From the IMG/VR virus record IMGVR_UViG_3300009506_000022, positions 34,007-98,006 of that record: a stretch of 64,000 bases of DNA; one strand, written 5' to 3'. The translations under genes and the position numbers were made by a program. Each line of letters begins with the position of its first letter. Positions within the stretch are counted from its first letter, which is position 1. Below are positions 56,437 through 64,000 of this stretch, one piece after another. The notes beneath the pieces are model-generated. The model saw only the letters and a program-made list of their open reading frames with translations, was not told where the DNA came from and ran no database searches. Source of the DNA: a virus.

Positions 56437-57882
56437 GTGCGACTGCTGCTTGATAACCAGAATATCTATCTGGAAGATGTTCCAAAGAAGATAATCAAAA
56501 TCCTTTCTAGGCGATTTAGTTATCGAGTTGCTGGAGCTCGATATGTGACATCGTTTCAATCTGGAAGCTGGGATGGACGCAAACACTTGATATCTATGTT
56601 GGCGGATGGTCGACTTCGAGCGCCAGCCGGAATCGCTCATGAGATCGCAACCACCATAACAGAGAATGGTTGCGATTTTGATTTTTTGGATGCAAGGCGA
56701 TACTCAGATGAGCGTTTTGATTTCGAGTTCGATAAATCGATTGTTCTTCGCCCATATCAACTGGAAGCGGTTGAACTTCTAAGCAATCCATTAGCTCCTT
56801 TGGATATCCGCGGTCGAGGAATCATCAAGTTACCACCTCGAGCTGGGAAAACCCTGATTGGAGCCGCTGTGATTGCGCGCTTTGGGGTGCGAACCCTCTT
56901 TGTTGTTCCAGCTCAGTTTCTTTTACATCAATCGATAAACGCGATTTCAAAGGCGTTAGGAACAGAAGTGGGATTTATCGGTGAAGGGTCTTGGAAACCC
57001 GGGCCCATAACGGTTACCACAATTCAGAGTTTGCTGGCCAAAAGAAATGGTGGGACAAAAGCGAATCCGCCAGAACCAGAATACATAAAGCTTATGCAGT
57101 CATGCGAACTCGTGATCGTCGATGAACACCACCACATGGAAGGCGAGATGTGGAGGAAGGTTATCCAGGATTCGCAAGCACCCTTTAAGGTGGGGTTGAG
57201 CGCAACGGTGTTTCTTGATCATCAGAAAGAATGTGAGCTTGGTGTTATATGGCTACACGCGATTGCTGGCGACATCCTTCTTGATATTTCTGTTAGCGAT
57301 TTGATTGAACAAGGGTACCTTGTCAGACCAGATATTTGGGTTTGTCCCATTCGCGATCCTGTCTTTCCTAAAAATCGAGGGTGGTCACAAAACTTACAAA
57401 AACAAGCGATCTATGAAAACGAACATCGTAACAATCGGATTGTTGAGTTTGCGGTAATGCTTGTGAAAGAGAAGAAGAGACCAGTCATCATCTCAAACCG
57501 CCATTCCCAAGTATTTGCGTTGCAGGATAAACTAGAATCAGCTGGATTGTCCGTTGGCCAGATCATCGGACAGACGAAGCGAGCCAAAAGAGAATCGATT
57601 GTAGAGGCGTTTAGGCGGCGTAAAATCGATATTCTTCTTGGCACTATTTTTGGCGAAGGGGTGGATATTCCAGAAATTGACAGCGTTATCGTAGCAGAAG
57701 GTGGTTCTGGGGTGAAACAAACCTACCAGAGGTTGCGGTGTATGACTCCTTGTGAGGGAAAAGAAAAAGCTGTGGTTATCGATTTCATGGATTTGACTCA
57801 TCCATACTTTGCGCGACACTCGATAGAGCGATTGGGGGTCTATGAATCGGAACGCGCATTTCGCATAAAAATCGTTGAATAG
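56437..57882 (+). CDS. SF2 DExH helicase (UvsW/XPB-like)
   Basis: LRPYQ, LPPRAGKT, DEHHH, GLSAT, GEGVDIP, YQRLR. Confidence 0.92.
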   Translation: MRLLLDNQNIYLEDVPKKIIKILSRRFSYRVAGARYVTSFQSGSWDGRKHLISMLADGRLRAPAGIAHEIATTITENGCDFDFLDARRYSDERFDFEFDKSIVLRPYQLEAVELLSNPLAPLDIRGRGIIKLPPRAGKTLIGAAVIARFGVRTLFVVPAQFLLHQSINAISKALGTEVGFIGEGSWKPGPITVTTIQSLLAKRNGGTKANPPEPEYIKLMQSCELVIVDEHHHMEGEMWRKVIQDSQAPFKVGLSATVFLDHQKECELGVIWLHAIAGDILLDISVSDLIEQGYLVRPDIWVCPIRDPVFPKNRGWSQNLQKQAIYENEHRNNRIVEFAVMLVKEKKRPVIISNRHSQVFALQDKLESAGLSVGQIIGQTKRAKRESIVEAFRRRKIDILLGTIFGEGVDIPEIDSVIVAEGGSGVKQTYQRLRCMTPCEGKEKAVVIDFMDLTHPYFARHSIERLGVYESERAFRIKIVE

Positions 57883-57927
57883 CGATTAAAACACTATTTA
57901 GACTCAATGTAGTTTTGATTTATTTGG

Positions 57928-57956
57928 TTGACATTGTAATAATTGCGCAATATTCT
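57928..57956 (+). promoter_or_regulatory. sigma70 promoter of the replication operon
   Basis: Perfect -35 TTGACA-N17-TATTCT. Confidence 0.75.
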
Positions 57957-57963
57957 TCTAAAT

Positions 57964-58084
57964 ACTTGTGTGCAACCGTCTTGAAATATCGAGAAGATAC
58001 TGCAACTATCTTCTTGGACTCCAAAGTCTCTCGGTTACTGATTGCAAGGCCAACCTATTATTGCGATCGTAGCAGCGCACAAGT
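57964..58084 (+). ncRNA. putative structured 5' leader / small RNA
   Basis: Closing stem ACTTGTGTGC/GCGCACAAGT begins at the predicted +1 and encloses several hairpins. Confidence 0.4.
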
Positions 58085-58111
58085 TGAGGGATATTGGGGT
58101 CTATTTTAATT

Positions 58112-58420
58112 ATGCGAGAAAAAGAGAAAGAGGCGCCGGAAGGGATTACGATTACGGAAGCGTATAACCAATTGCCGCGAACTGCTTTTGCTTTATGGAT
58201 TAGGATGGCTGTGCATCCCATACATGAGCTCGAGACATTGGGAATGTATAAGCTAGCAAAACAGTTCGGATATTCTCGCAGAACGTTTTACGATCAAGTC
58301 CAGGTTCTACGAAACTTTGGCTACATTCGATACGCCACAGTTCATGGTAGAGCGTCTCAGATCCGCCTGACAAAACGGCCACTTTTGGTTGGGGTAGATC
58401 AGTTTATCAAATTGTCTTGA
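58112..58420 (+). CDS. winged-HTH DNA-binding protein
   Basis: AFALW...KLAKQFGYSRRTFYDQVQVLRNFGYI. Confidence 0.7.
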   Translation: MREKEKEAPEGITITEAYNQLPRTAFALWIRMAVHPIHELETLGMYKLAKQFGYSRRTFYDQVQVLRNFGYIRYATVHGRASQIRLTKRPLLVGVDQFIKLS

Positions 58421-58424
58421 ATAC

Positions 58425-59804
58425 ATGACAAGAGAAAAAAAAGAGAGACGATATAGAAAGATCCGCGTTGGGTTATGGACGGATTCGCGCTACAGATCTT
58501 TACCAAAAACAGAGCCAAGCGCACGTCATCTCTATTGGTTTTTGAGAACTGGACCGCACACAACAATGATTCCAGGTGTGTTTCAAGCTCGAGCTCCAGG
58601 TCTTGCTGATGAACTTGGGTGGGAGACCCAAGAGTTCAAAACATGTTTTGAAGAGTTGATTGAAAGCCAACTTGCTTTTGCTGATTGGGATGAAGGCCTT
58701 GTTTTTCTTCCAGACGTAATTGTCGATGAGCAACCTCGTTCTGTAAATCAGATCGAAGGTTGGCGTATTTTTTGGTTAGAATTTCCTAGCTGCGATCTAA
58801 AAAAACGCATCCACAGACACTTCGATGAATATTTCAAAAAAGGACCAAGGTCATATTTATCAATATTTCTCGACATTTTTGGAAGAATTGATAACGAATC
58901 AAAAAAGAAACAAGAAAGAACACAATTGTGCGATGACACTTCTCTTGAAAGAACAACCAATTTCGTTCAGGAAGAAACGAAAAAGAAATCGGGTTTAACA
59001 GTTAACAGTAAACAGTTAACAGTAAACAGTGAGTACTCTAACGAGTTTATACACACAAGAAATCAAAAAGAATCGATAACGAAACAAGAAAGAACACAAT
59101 TGTGTAGCAACACTAATGAACAAGTTGTTCGAGGAAGGAAATTGGATCCCTCGGCTTTGAGAAAAAAGAAGAATGAAGCGAACAAAAAAAAGAAGGGGTT
59201 GAATAAAAAAGGAAAGGAAACCATTCATCTTCCTGATAGCGATCTGTTTTGTTTGCCAGAAAAAGAAAAGCAAAAGATTCTTGATTTGTTGGAATCAAAA
59301 AACGATGAGGATGAAAAAAAGAGACGATTTTATCTCGATGAGCTTCAACAACTGGTTTTAGATGCTTATAGCGTTGCGAAGAAAAATCATACTGGGAATG
59401 GTTATCATAGGCTTGGTAAACATGGCAAAGAAGCGGCTCGAAAAATTGGCATTGGGTGCCTAGCATATAATCTGACACCTAAAGATTTGATTGTTTATTG
59501 GGCGAAAAATCATTGGACAAAAATGAGTTTTCCAACACTTCTTTTTGTTTCTAGCGAAAAAAATATAGAAACGGCTGCTGCTGAACTTTCGGGTTCTAAT
59601 AGAAAAAAGAAAGGATACGTTCCAGTCAATGAAAGATTTGAAGATGATTCTGTCGACGATTTCGAAGAATTACAACTTCTTGCCGAAAAAAGAGATCGAG
59701 AAGTTAGAGAAGCAAAAACAGAGAGAACAGAGAATGGAGCGGCTGGAAAGATCGGGGATACTAAACGTATTACCCGAGGACGACGTAAAAATGCTGGTAA
59801 CTAA
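58425..59804 (+). CDS. replication initiator protein
   Basis: RYRKI....W.D..Y..L...A..LY.FL.T.PHT..IPG N-terminal domain; internal iterons; followed by a DnaC-like gene. Confidence 0.8.
   Translation: MTREKKERRYRKIRVGLWTDSRYRSLPKTEPSARHLYWFLRTGPHTTMIPGVFQARAPGLADELGWETQEFKTCFEELIESQLAFADWDEGLVFLPDVIVDEQPRSVNQIEGWRIFWLEFPSCDLKKRIHRHFDEYFKKGPRSYLSIFLDIFGRIDNESKKKQERTQLCDDTSLERTTNFVQEETKKKSGLTVNSKQLTVNSEYSNEFIHTRNQKESITKQERTQLCSNTNEQVVRGRKLDPSALRKKKNEANKKKKGLNKKGKETIHLPDSDLFCLPEKEKQKILDLLESKNDEDEKKRRFYLDELQQLVLDAYSVAKKNHTGNGYHRLGKHGKEAARKIGIGCLAYNLTPKDLIVYWAKNHWTKMSFPTLLFVSSEKNIETAAAELSGSNRKKKGYVPVNERFEDDSVDDFEELQLLAEKRDREVREAKTERTENGAAGKIGDTKRITRGRRKNAGN
58907..59104 (+). repeat. putative replication origin iterons
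   Basis: 24-bp exact repeat GAAACAAGAAAGAACACAATTGTG (58907, 59081) flanking 5 x WAACAGT (58996-59030) and palindrome GAGTACTC. Confidence 0.75.
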
Positions 59805-60246
59805 CGAAACAAAAAAATGGAAGCCAATTGTTGTTGTGGAAATGTGGCTGAAGACAGATTTTCCTTTTTTGGTTTTGCTTGGTGTTTCTGGGGGTGGAAA
59901 AACTGTAGCTTCTGGATACATGATTTCTATGGTTGGTGGACTCTATGTTCATACGAGAAGTATGGAGCGTTATTTCGCGTCTAGTTTTGGAGAACCTTTA
60001 GATAAACAGCAAAGCATAAAAATGGCTCGATACGCTGTGATTGATGATCTTGATACAGAAGATAATCACGAGAAATTTCAAGGCGCGCTTTATGAAGTGA
60101 TTGATTCACGCCAAAGCAAAAAAACGATTCTTACTAGCAATTTGAACAGAAAGGGGTTTAATGAGGTTTATAATGATGTTCGTCTACAACGTAGACTGGA
60201 GCGAGCAAAGTTTGTGGTTGTGAAGGATGTCAACAAGAAGTCATAA
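59629..60246 (+). CDS. DnaC/IstB-like helicase loader ATPase
   Basis: Walker A GVSGGGKT, Walker B VIDDL, IDSR...TILTSNL, RL.RRL. Confidence 0.85.
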   Translation: MKDLKMILSTISKNYNFLPKKEIEKLEKQKQREQRMERLERSGILNVLPEDDVKMLVTNETKKWKPIVVVEMWLKTDFPFLVLLGVSGGGKTVASGYMISMVGGLYVHTRSMERYFASSFGEPLDKQQSIKMARYAVIDDLDTEDNHEKFQGALYEVIDSRQSKKTILTSNLNRKGFNEVYNDVRLQRRLERAKFVVVKDVNKKS

Positions 60247-60703
60247 ATTTATTCATTTTTTAGATCCTAATAGTAAGACAAAAGATACTATTTTCAGATC
60301 TGTTTTGTGTAATAAGAGAACAATTTTTTTAGAATATGAAACACAAAAAAAAAGAGCTAGACCAAGAAGAAAAAACGCAATCGATGACACTATTAGGTTG
60401 GGGTTTGATTTCAAAGGGTTTGATCAAGGTTATTACACAAAAGATAAAAACAAAGTGACATGTAAAAATTGTAAAATGATGATGGAAGGTAAAAAGAAGA
60501 GTTGGAAATTAGAAGAGGATTTTTGGAATCCTATTTTTGTTGGAACTATAAAAGCTGGTGGATGGATAGTTGTTGGTGTTGATGGCGTTCAAAAGATGTT
60601 TCCTGGCGCGAGTAGAAAGAATCACGAAACAGCAAAAGAGATGGTTCGAAAACACAACCAAAAAATAATAAGCGACTATAACGCAAAAAGAGCTAAGGGG
60701 TAA
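60227..60703 (+). CDS. hypothetical protein
   Basis: VTCKNC motif; operon packing. Confidence 0.55.
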   Translation: MSTRSHKFIHFLDPNSKTKDTIFRSVLCNKRTIFLEYETQKKRARPRRKNAIDDTIRLGFDFKGFDQGYYTKDKNKVTCKNCKMMMEGKKKSWKLEEDFWNPIFVGTIKAGGWIVVGVDGVQKMFPGASRKNHETAKEMVRKHNQKIISDYNAKRAKG

Positions 60704-60705
60704 AA

Positions 60706-61314
60706 ATGGAAATGGATATAAAATATAAACCAGAGATGGTTTTGAGAAGAGGGCCTAAGTCGTGGCAAGAAGATCCTCGATTCAAATATCTTTATTTAGA
60801 TACGATACGAGGTGTTGTTGCGGCAACCAATTTGGCTATGTTGGTTGAAATTCCAGTCACCATTTTATCTAGAGATGTTTCAGGATATATACAGCCAGAA
60901 GCTATCGAAAGAGCTCGCGAACGCGCCAAACAGCTTGGTAAAACAAAAATGTTTATCAAGGCGATGAAGACCAAGTTGGTTGTTGGGGACACGAGTTTTG
61001 AAAGGCCGCCTTTGGAAATGGGATATCCAGACTATAGAAAAGAGGTTTTTTCAAAATTGCCATCAATAAAAGACTCTATTATTTTCGGTGTTGATTTTGG
61101 ATTTGTCGAACGATTACGCGAGTCTCTTGGTGTTGATGTCAATAAACATTCAGAGTTGTTTTTTGCTTTTGATCCAAAAGGGGTAAGGAACCCAGAAGGT
61201 GGATATGAAGATACGATAAGGGTTTTTCTTCAGACGAAAACAAAAAGCCAGGAAGTTGCGGTTATCATGCCGAGAAGGTGGTTTAATAACAATCCAAATG
61301 CTGGCGATTATTAG
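60706..61314 (+). CDS. beta-clamp-like protein (truncated DnaN-like)
   Basis: VAATN..ML, GYPDY..V, FGVD..F..RL and terminal AVIMP echo the DnaN ATD/YPDY/FN/lMP motifs. Confidence 0.5.
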   Translation: MEMDIKYKPEMVLRRGPKSWQEDPRFKYLYLDTIRGVVAATNLAMLVEIPVTILSRDVSGYIQPEAIERARERAKQLGKTKMFIKAMKTKLVVGDTSFERPPLEMGYPDYRKEVFSKLPSIKDSIIFGVDFGFVERLRESLGVDVNKHSELFFAFDPKGVRNPEGGYEDTIRVFLQTKTKSQEVAVIMPRRWFNNNPNAGDY

Positions 61315-61347
61315 AAACAAAACCTTTTTGAAAGTTGTGAGAAAAAA

Positions 61348-61794
61348 ATGAAAGCTTTGACACTTTGGAGACCATGGCCAGCTGCGATATTCTTTTTTAG
61401 CGATAAGTATTGGAAGGATATCGAGAATCGACCATATAGGCCGCCACAATCTGTGATCGGTCAACGTATTGCGATCCATGCTGGTAAAAGACTTGACAAA
61501 GAAGCTTTTGATCAATGGCTAGAGATAATGAAACCGAACATTCTTTCTACGGTTGTTTTTCTCGAGTCGTGGAAAGAGATTAGTGAGATGGAAGGAATAA
61601 TTGGAACAGTTGTTATTGATAGTGTTTGTAAACCAGAAGAGACAGATAGTCAGTGGGCTTCTGGGCCAGTATGTTTGAAGCTGAGGGATAGAAGGCATCT
61701 AAAGGCTCCAATTCCATGTAAGGGGAAACAAGGTTATTGGAATGTCCCTTTGGAGATTGAGCATTTGATAAAGAGGCGAGAAGTGCAAAAATGA
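61348..61794 (+). CDS. ASCH domain protein
   Basis: MKALTLWRPW..AI....KDIENR, RIAIHAG, G.IIGTV, PIPCKGKQGYW. Confidence 0.88.
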   Translation: MKALTLWRPWPAAIFFFSDKYWKDIENRPYRPPQSVIGQRIAIHAGKRLDKEAFDQWLEIMKPNILSTVVFLESWKEISEMEGIIGTVVIDSVCKPEETDSQWASGPVCLKLRDRRHLKAPIPCKGKQGYWNVPLEIEHLIKRREVQK

Positions 61795-62525
61795 AAGCGC
61801 CGAGTTGCATAGGTTACTACGAAGCTGGCGATGATCAGTGTGATGGCGCTCAATACAAACACAAATCAAAACCGTGTTTGATGCGTTCGCATTGTAGGAA
61901 GATTCAAAAGTATCGGGTTAGAGAAAAAAACAAAATAAATGAACTTCTTACAGATCAACCTGTTAGCGAAATTGAGAGATTTATAAAACATATTGATGAT
62001 GGCGGAACCATCGATAGTTTTGTCCATGGAAGATTAGCAAAAACAAAGATTGCAATGAGACAAAAACAAAACACTCAAGAGTGTTGGAGTCTATATAGGC
62101 ATTTTGAAAATCAGATGTCTGATAGGTTTGGAGAAAGTCTATTGGCAAATAGGCTTTGTGTTGGGAATCAAGATTTGGTTGTGTTTCTTGAAGGAACTTT
62201 TTATCCAGTGGACCGAACGAACAATAGGGTTGCTTATGTGCTTTGGTATTGCAAAACAAAAAAAGGATATGACACTTTAATTTGCAAGATATTCTTTCGT
62301 TCTCGTTCGAACTCATTAGATATTAGTATTCCTATTGATATAAAAACTTTATCAGAAGTGTTTAGCGATATTACTCTAAGGAAAATAAAGGCAATTCCTA
62401 TAGAGCAAGGGTTGTTGAAAACAACATTCAAAAGATTGGATTACGAAGGTGTCGGGTTGACAGTTGGTTGCTTGAAACGGCTTGTTGACCGCAATGTTCT
62501 AAAACTTCCGAGGAAAAAATTATGA
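61791..62525 (+). CDS. hypothetical protein
   Basis: ATGA coupling; Cys-rich N-terminus. Confidence 0.6.
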   Translation: MKAPSCIGYYEAGDDQCDGAQYKHKSKPCLMRSHCRKIQKYRVREKNKINELLTDQPVSEIERFIKHIDDGGTIDSFVHGRLAKTKIAMRQKQNTQECWSLYRHFENQMSDRFGESLLANRLCVGNQDLVVFLEGTFYPVDRTNNRVAYVLWYCKTKKGYDTLICKIFFRSRSNSLDISIPIDIKTLSEVFSDITLRKIKAIPIEQGLLKTTFKRLDYEGVGLTVGCLKRLVDRNVLKLPRKKL

Positions 62526-63019
62526 GTAAAAGAGTGATAAAAACAGAGGGTGGAGAAACCATATCTCTTTCTGGTCAGAAAAAGAAGCTTTGTGGGTGTG
62601 GGAGACCAGCAACTCGATATTGCGATTTTCCAAGATACGGAATGTTATCTGGAACCATTGATCGTGAAACTGGAAGGATCGCTTCTGTTGGTCAACATAC
62701 AACAGTGTTATGTGCAAAACCTTTATGCGATCAATGCACGGTTGAACAACCAAACGATAAGGATTTTTGCTATCAACACTCGCAACAACTGAAGCGAATG
62801 ATAGAAAGTGCAAACTCTTTTGAGCCAGATTATCAGGCGGTTCAGAAAGGCGACAAAGATAGAGAGCTGGAGGAACTTATTCGGTGTTCGAATACATCGA
62901 TTTGTAACTGCGAACATTGTTGTGAAATGTTCAAGTTACATGGTGGTGGGTTTTGTGATGAGCATAGAGAAAAAGCAAATCAGATCTTGGAATATTTGAA
63001 AGGGTTAGATGCCAAATAA
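62522..63019 (+). CDS. Cys-rich hypothetical protein
   Basis: C.CG..AT..CD...C..PLC..C...D.C..H Zn-binding pattern. Confidence 0.6.
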   Translation: MSKRVIKTEGGETISLSGQKKKLCGCGRPATRYCDFPRYGMLSGTIDRETGRIASVGQHTTVLCAKPLCDQCTVEQPNDKDFCYQHSQQLKRMIESANSFEPDYQAVQKGDKDRELEELIRCSNTSICNCEHCCEMFKLHGGGFCDEHREKANQILEYLKGLDAK

Positions 63020-64000
63020 ACCAAAAGAGGATTTTGTTCATCTACACTGCCATAGCGATATGAGTCAGCTTGATGGTTGCGCGCGCGTAGAGGAATATGT
63101 GAAAGCTGCGGCTGAACGTGGGGCTCCAGCTGTAGCGCTTACGGATCATGGAACTATGAGGGGTGCTTACGAGCTTGCAAAGCAATGCAAAAAATATGGC
63201 GTGAAACCGATATTTGGGATTGAGTTCTATGTTTGTGATGACATGCATCTAAAAGGAACTGGAAAGAAGAGGAGAAAGAAAGGGGAAGAAGAGCAAGAAA
63301 GTCTTTTCAAGACAGATTTGTCAACTCTAGAAGAGAAAGCATCATCGCGAAAAACGACACATCTAACAGCATGGGCTTTGGATAACGAGGGTTTGAAAAA
63401 CTTATATCGATTGAAGGATATTACTATCGTCCAAGGATCGATCTGGATACTTTGATCGAACATAACAAAGGGATTGCGGTTGGTTCTGGGTGTGCTGGTT
63501 CTGTGTTGAACGATGCTGTGTTGAAAAAGGATAAACCTCGTCTCGATACAGTGATGGGAAAGCTTGTAGATACGTTTGGCAATCGTTTTTATATCGAGTT
63601 TATGCCTCATATCTTAGAGAATAAAGAACAAATTAGATGTAACGAATACGCATCTGATATTGCAGATTTGCTTCAAAATAAATCCATTCCGATTGCAACT
63701 CAAGATGCTCATTATTTAGAATATGATGCAACAGAACATCACAACGTCTTGTTGGCAATGCAAACACAGGATGTTTTGAGCAACAAAGAAAGGTTTGCTT
63801 TTAGCCAAGAGCCATTTGATTTCAAAACAAGCGATGAGATGAGAACGTTGTTTTTGGAGAATCATCGATGGATTGGCGAAAAGTATATTCAAAGATTACT
63901 TCATGGAACGCTTCATCTTGCTGAAAGATGTACAGCGGAAATAGAAATAGATCCGCTGAAAGGGTTGCTTCCAAAGGTTGAGGTTCCAGAGATTCATCGA
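63009..64000 (+). CDS. dnaE: DNA polymerase III alpha subunit (PHP domain), frame-disrupted at about 63411, runs off the window
   Basis: FVHLHCHSDMSQLDG, ALTDHG, KPIFGIEFY; continues in the -1 frame as EGYYYRPRID, SGC, FYIE, ATQDAHY. Confidence 0.88.

Noticed and set aside
57915-58109. 64-aa ORF upstream of the wHTH gene
   Set aside because: TTG start lies upstream of and overlaps the promoter, with no SD; better explained as a structured leader
223-63610. Numerous minus-strand ORFs in the six-frame track (e.g. 223..720, 18302..18934, 22569..23114)
   Set aside because: All are antisense shadows of well-supported + strand genes, with no recognisable motifs or SD sites
1-64000. Alternative genetic code, inteins or introns; visual abundance of GATC/TCGA sites
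   Set aside because: Core genes are intact under code 11 using all three stops, and no intein motifs were seen in TerL, the helicases or the visible DnaE. The k-mer impression needs an observed/expected count that I could not run

Overview
The window is a 64-kb segment of a large tailed dsDNA bacteriophage with a contractile tail (myovirus). All credible genes lie on the + strand. Sigma70-like promoters and Shine-Dalgarno sites point to a bacterial host. Gene order: (1) 1-13.8 kb, early/accessory genes (DUF1643, UvrD/PcrA helicase, XRE HTH, SLOG protein, many small ORFs, a stand-alone moron, a lipoprotein metallopeptidase, a serine recombinase, an MT-A70 methyltransferase). (2) 13.9-27.8 kb, a papain-like peptidase and the head module (putative TerS, TerL, portal, MuF, a 1376-aa polyprotein ending in an XkdF-type prohead protease, scaffold, major capsid protein). 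(3) 27.8-54.3 kb, decoration/fibre proteins, a secreted-looking GH16-FN3 protein, neck, sheath, tube, frameshifted tail chaperones, tape measure, baseplate and tail fibre. (4) 54.3-56.4 kb, lysis. (5) 56.4-64 kb, replication (SF2 helicase, initiator with iterons, DnaC-like loader, beta-clamp-like protein, ASCH protein, frame-disrupted DnaE). The most striking signal is an apparent capsid cargo-loading and processing system. The prohead protease is the C-terminal domain of a polyprotein carrying an ASCH-like domain, two Dam-family adenine methyltransferases and two degenerate LigD 3'-phosphoesterase-like domains. Most domain boundaries carry a hydrophobic-x-Lys motif that also occurs at the capsid N-terminus. 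The missing protease strand (EVSVVDKPAN) is encoded on the scaffold N-terminus. A distant gene shares both the Lys motif and the scaffold's C-terminal WDGLP peptide. All family assignments come from motif recognition by eye; no searches were run.
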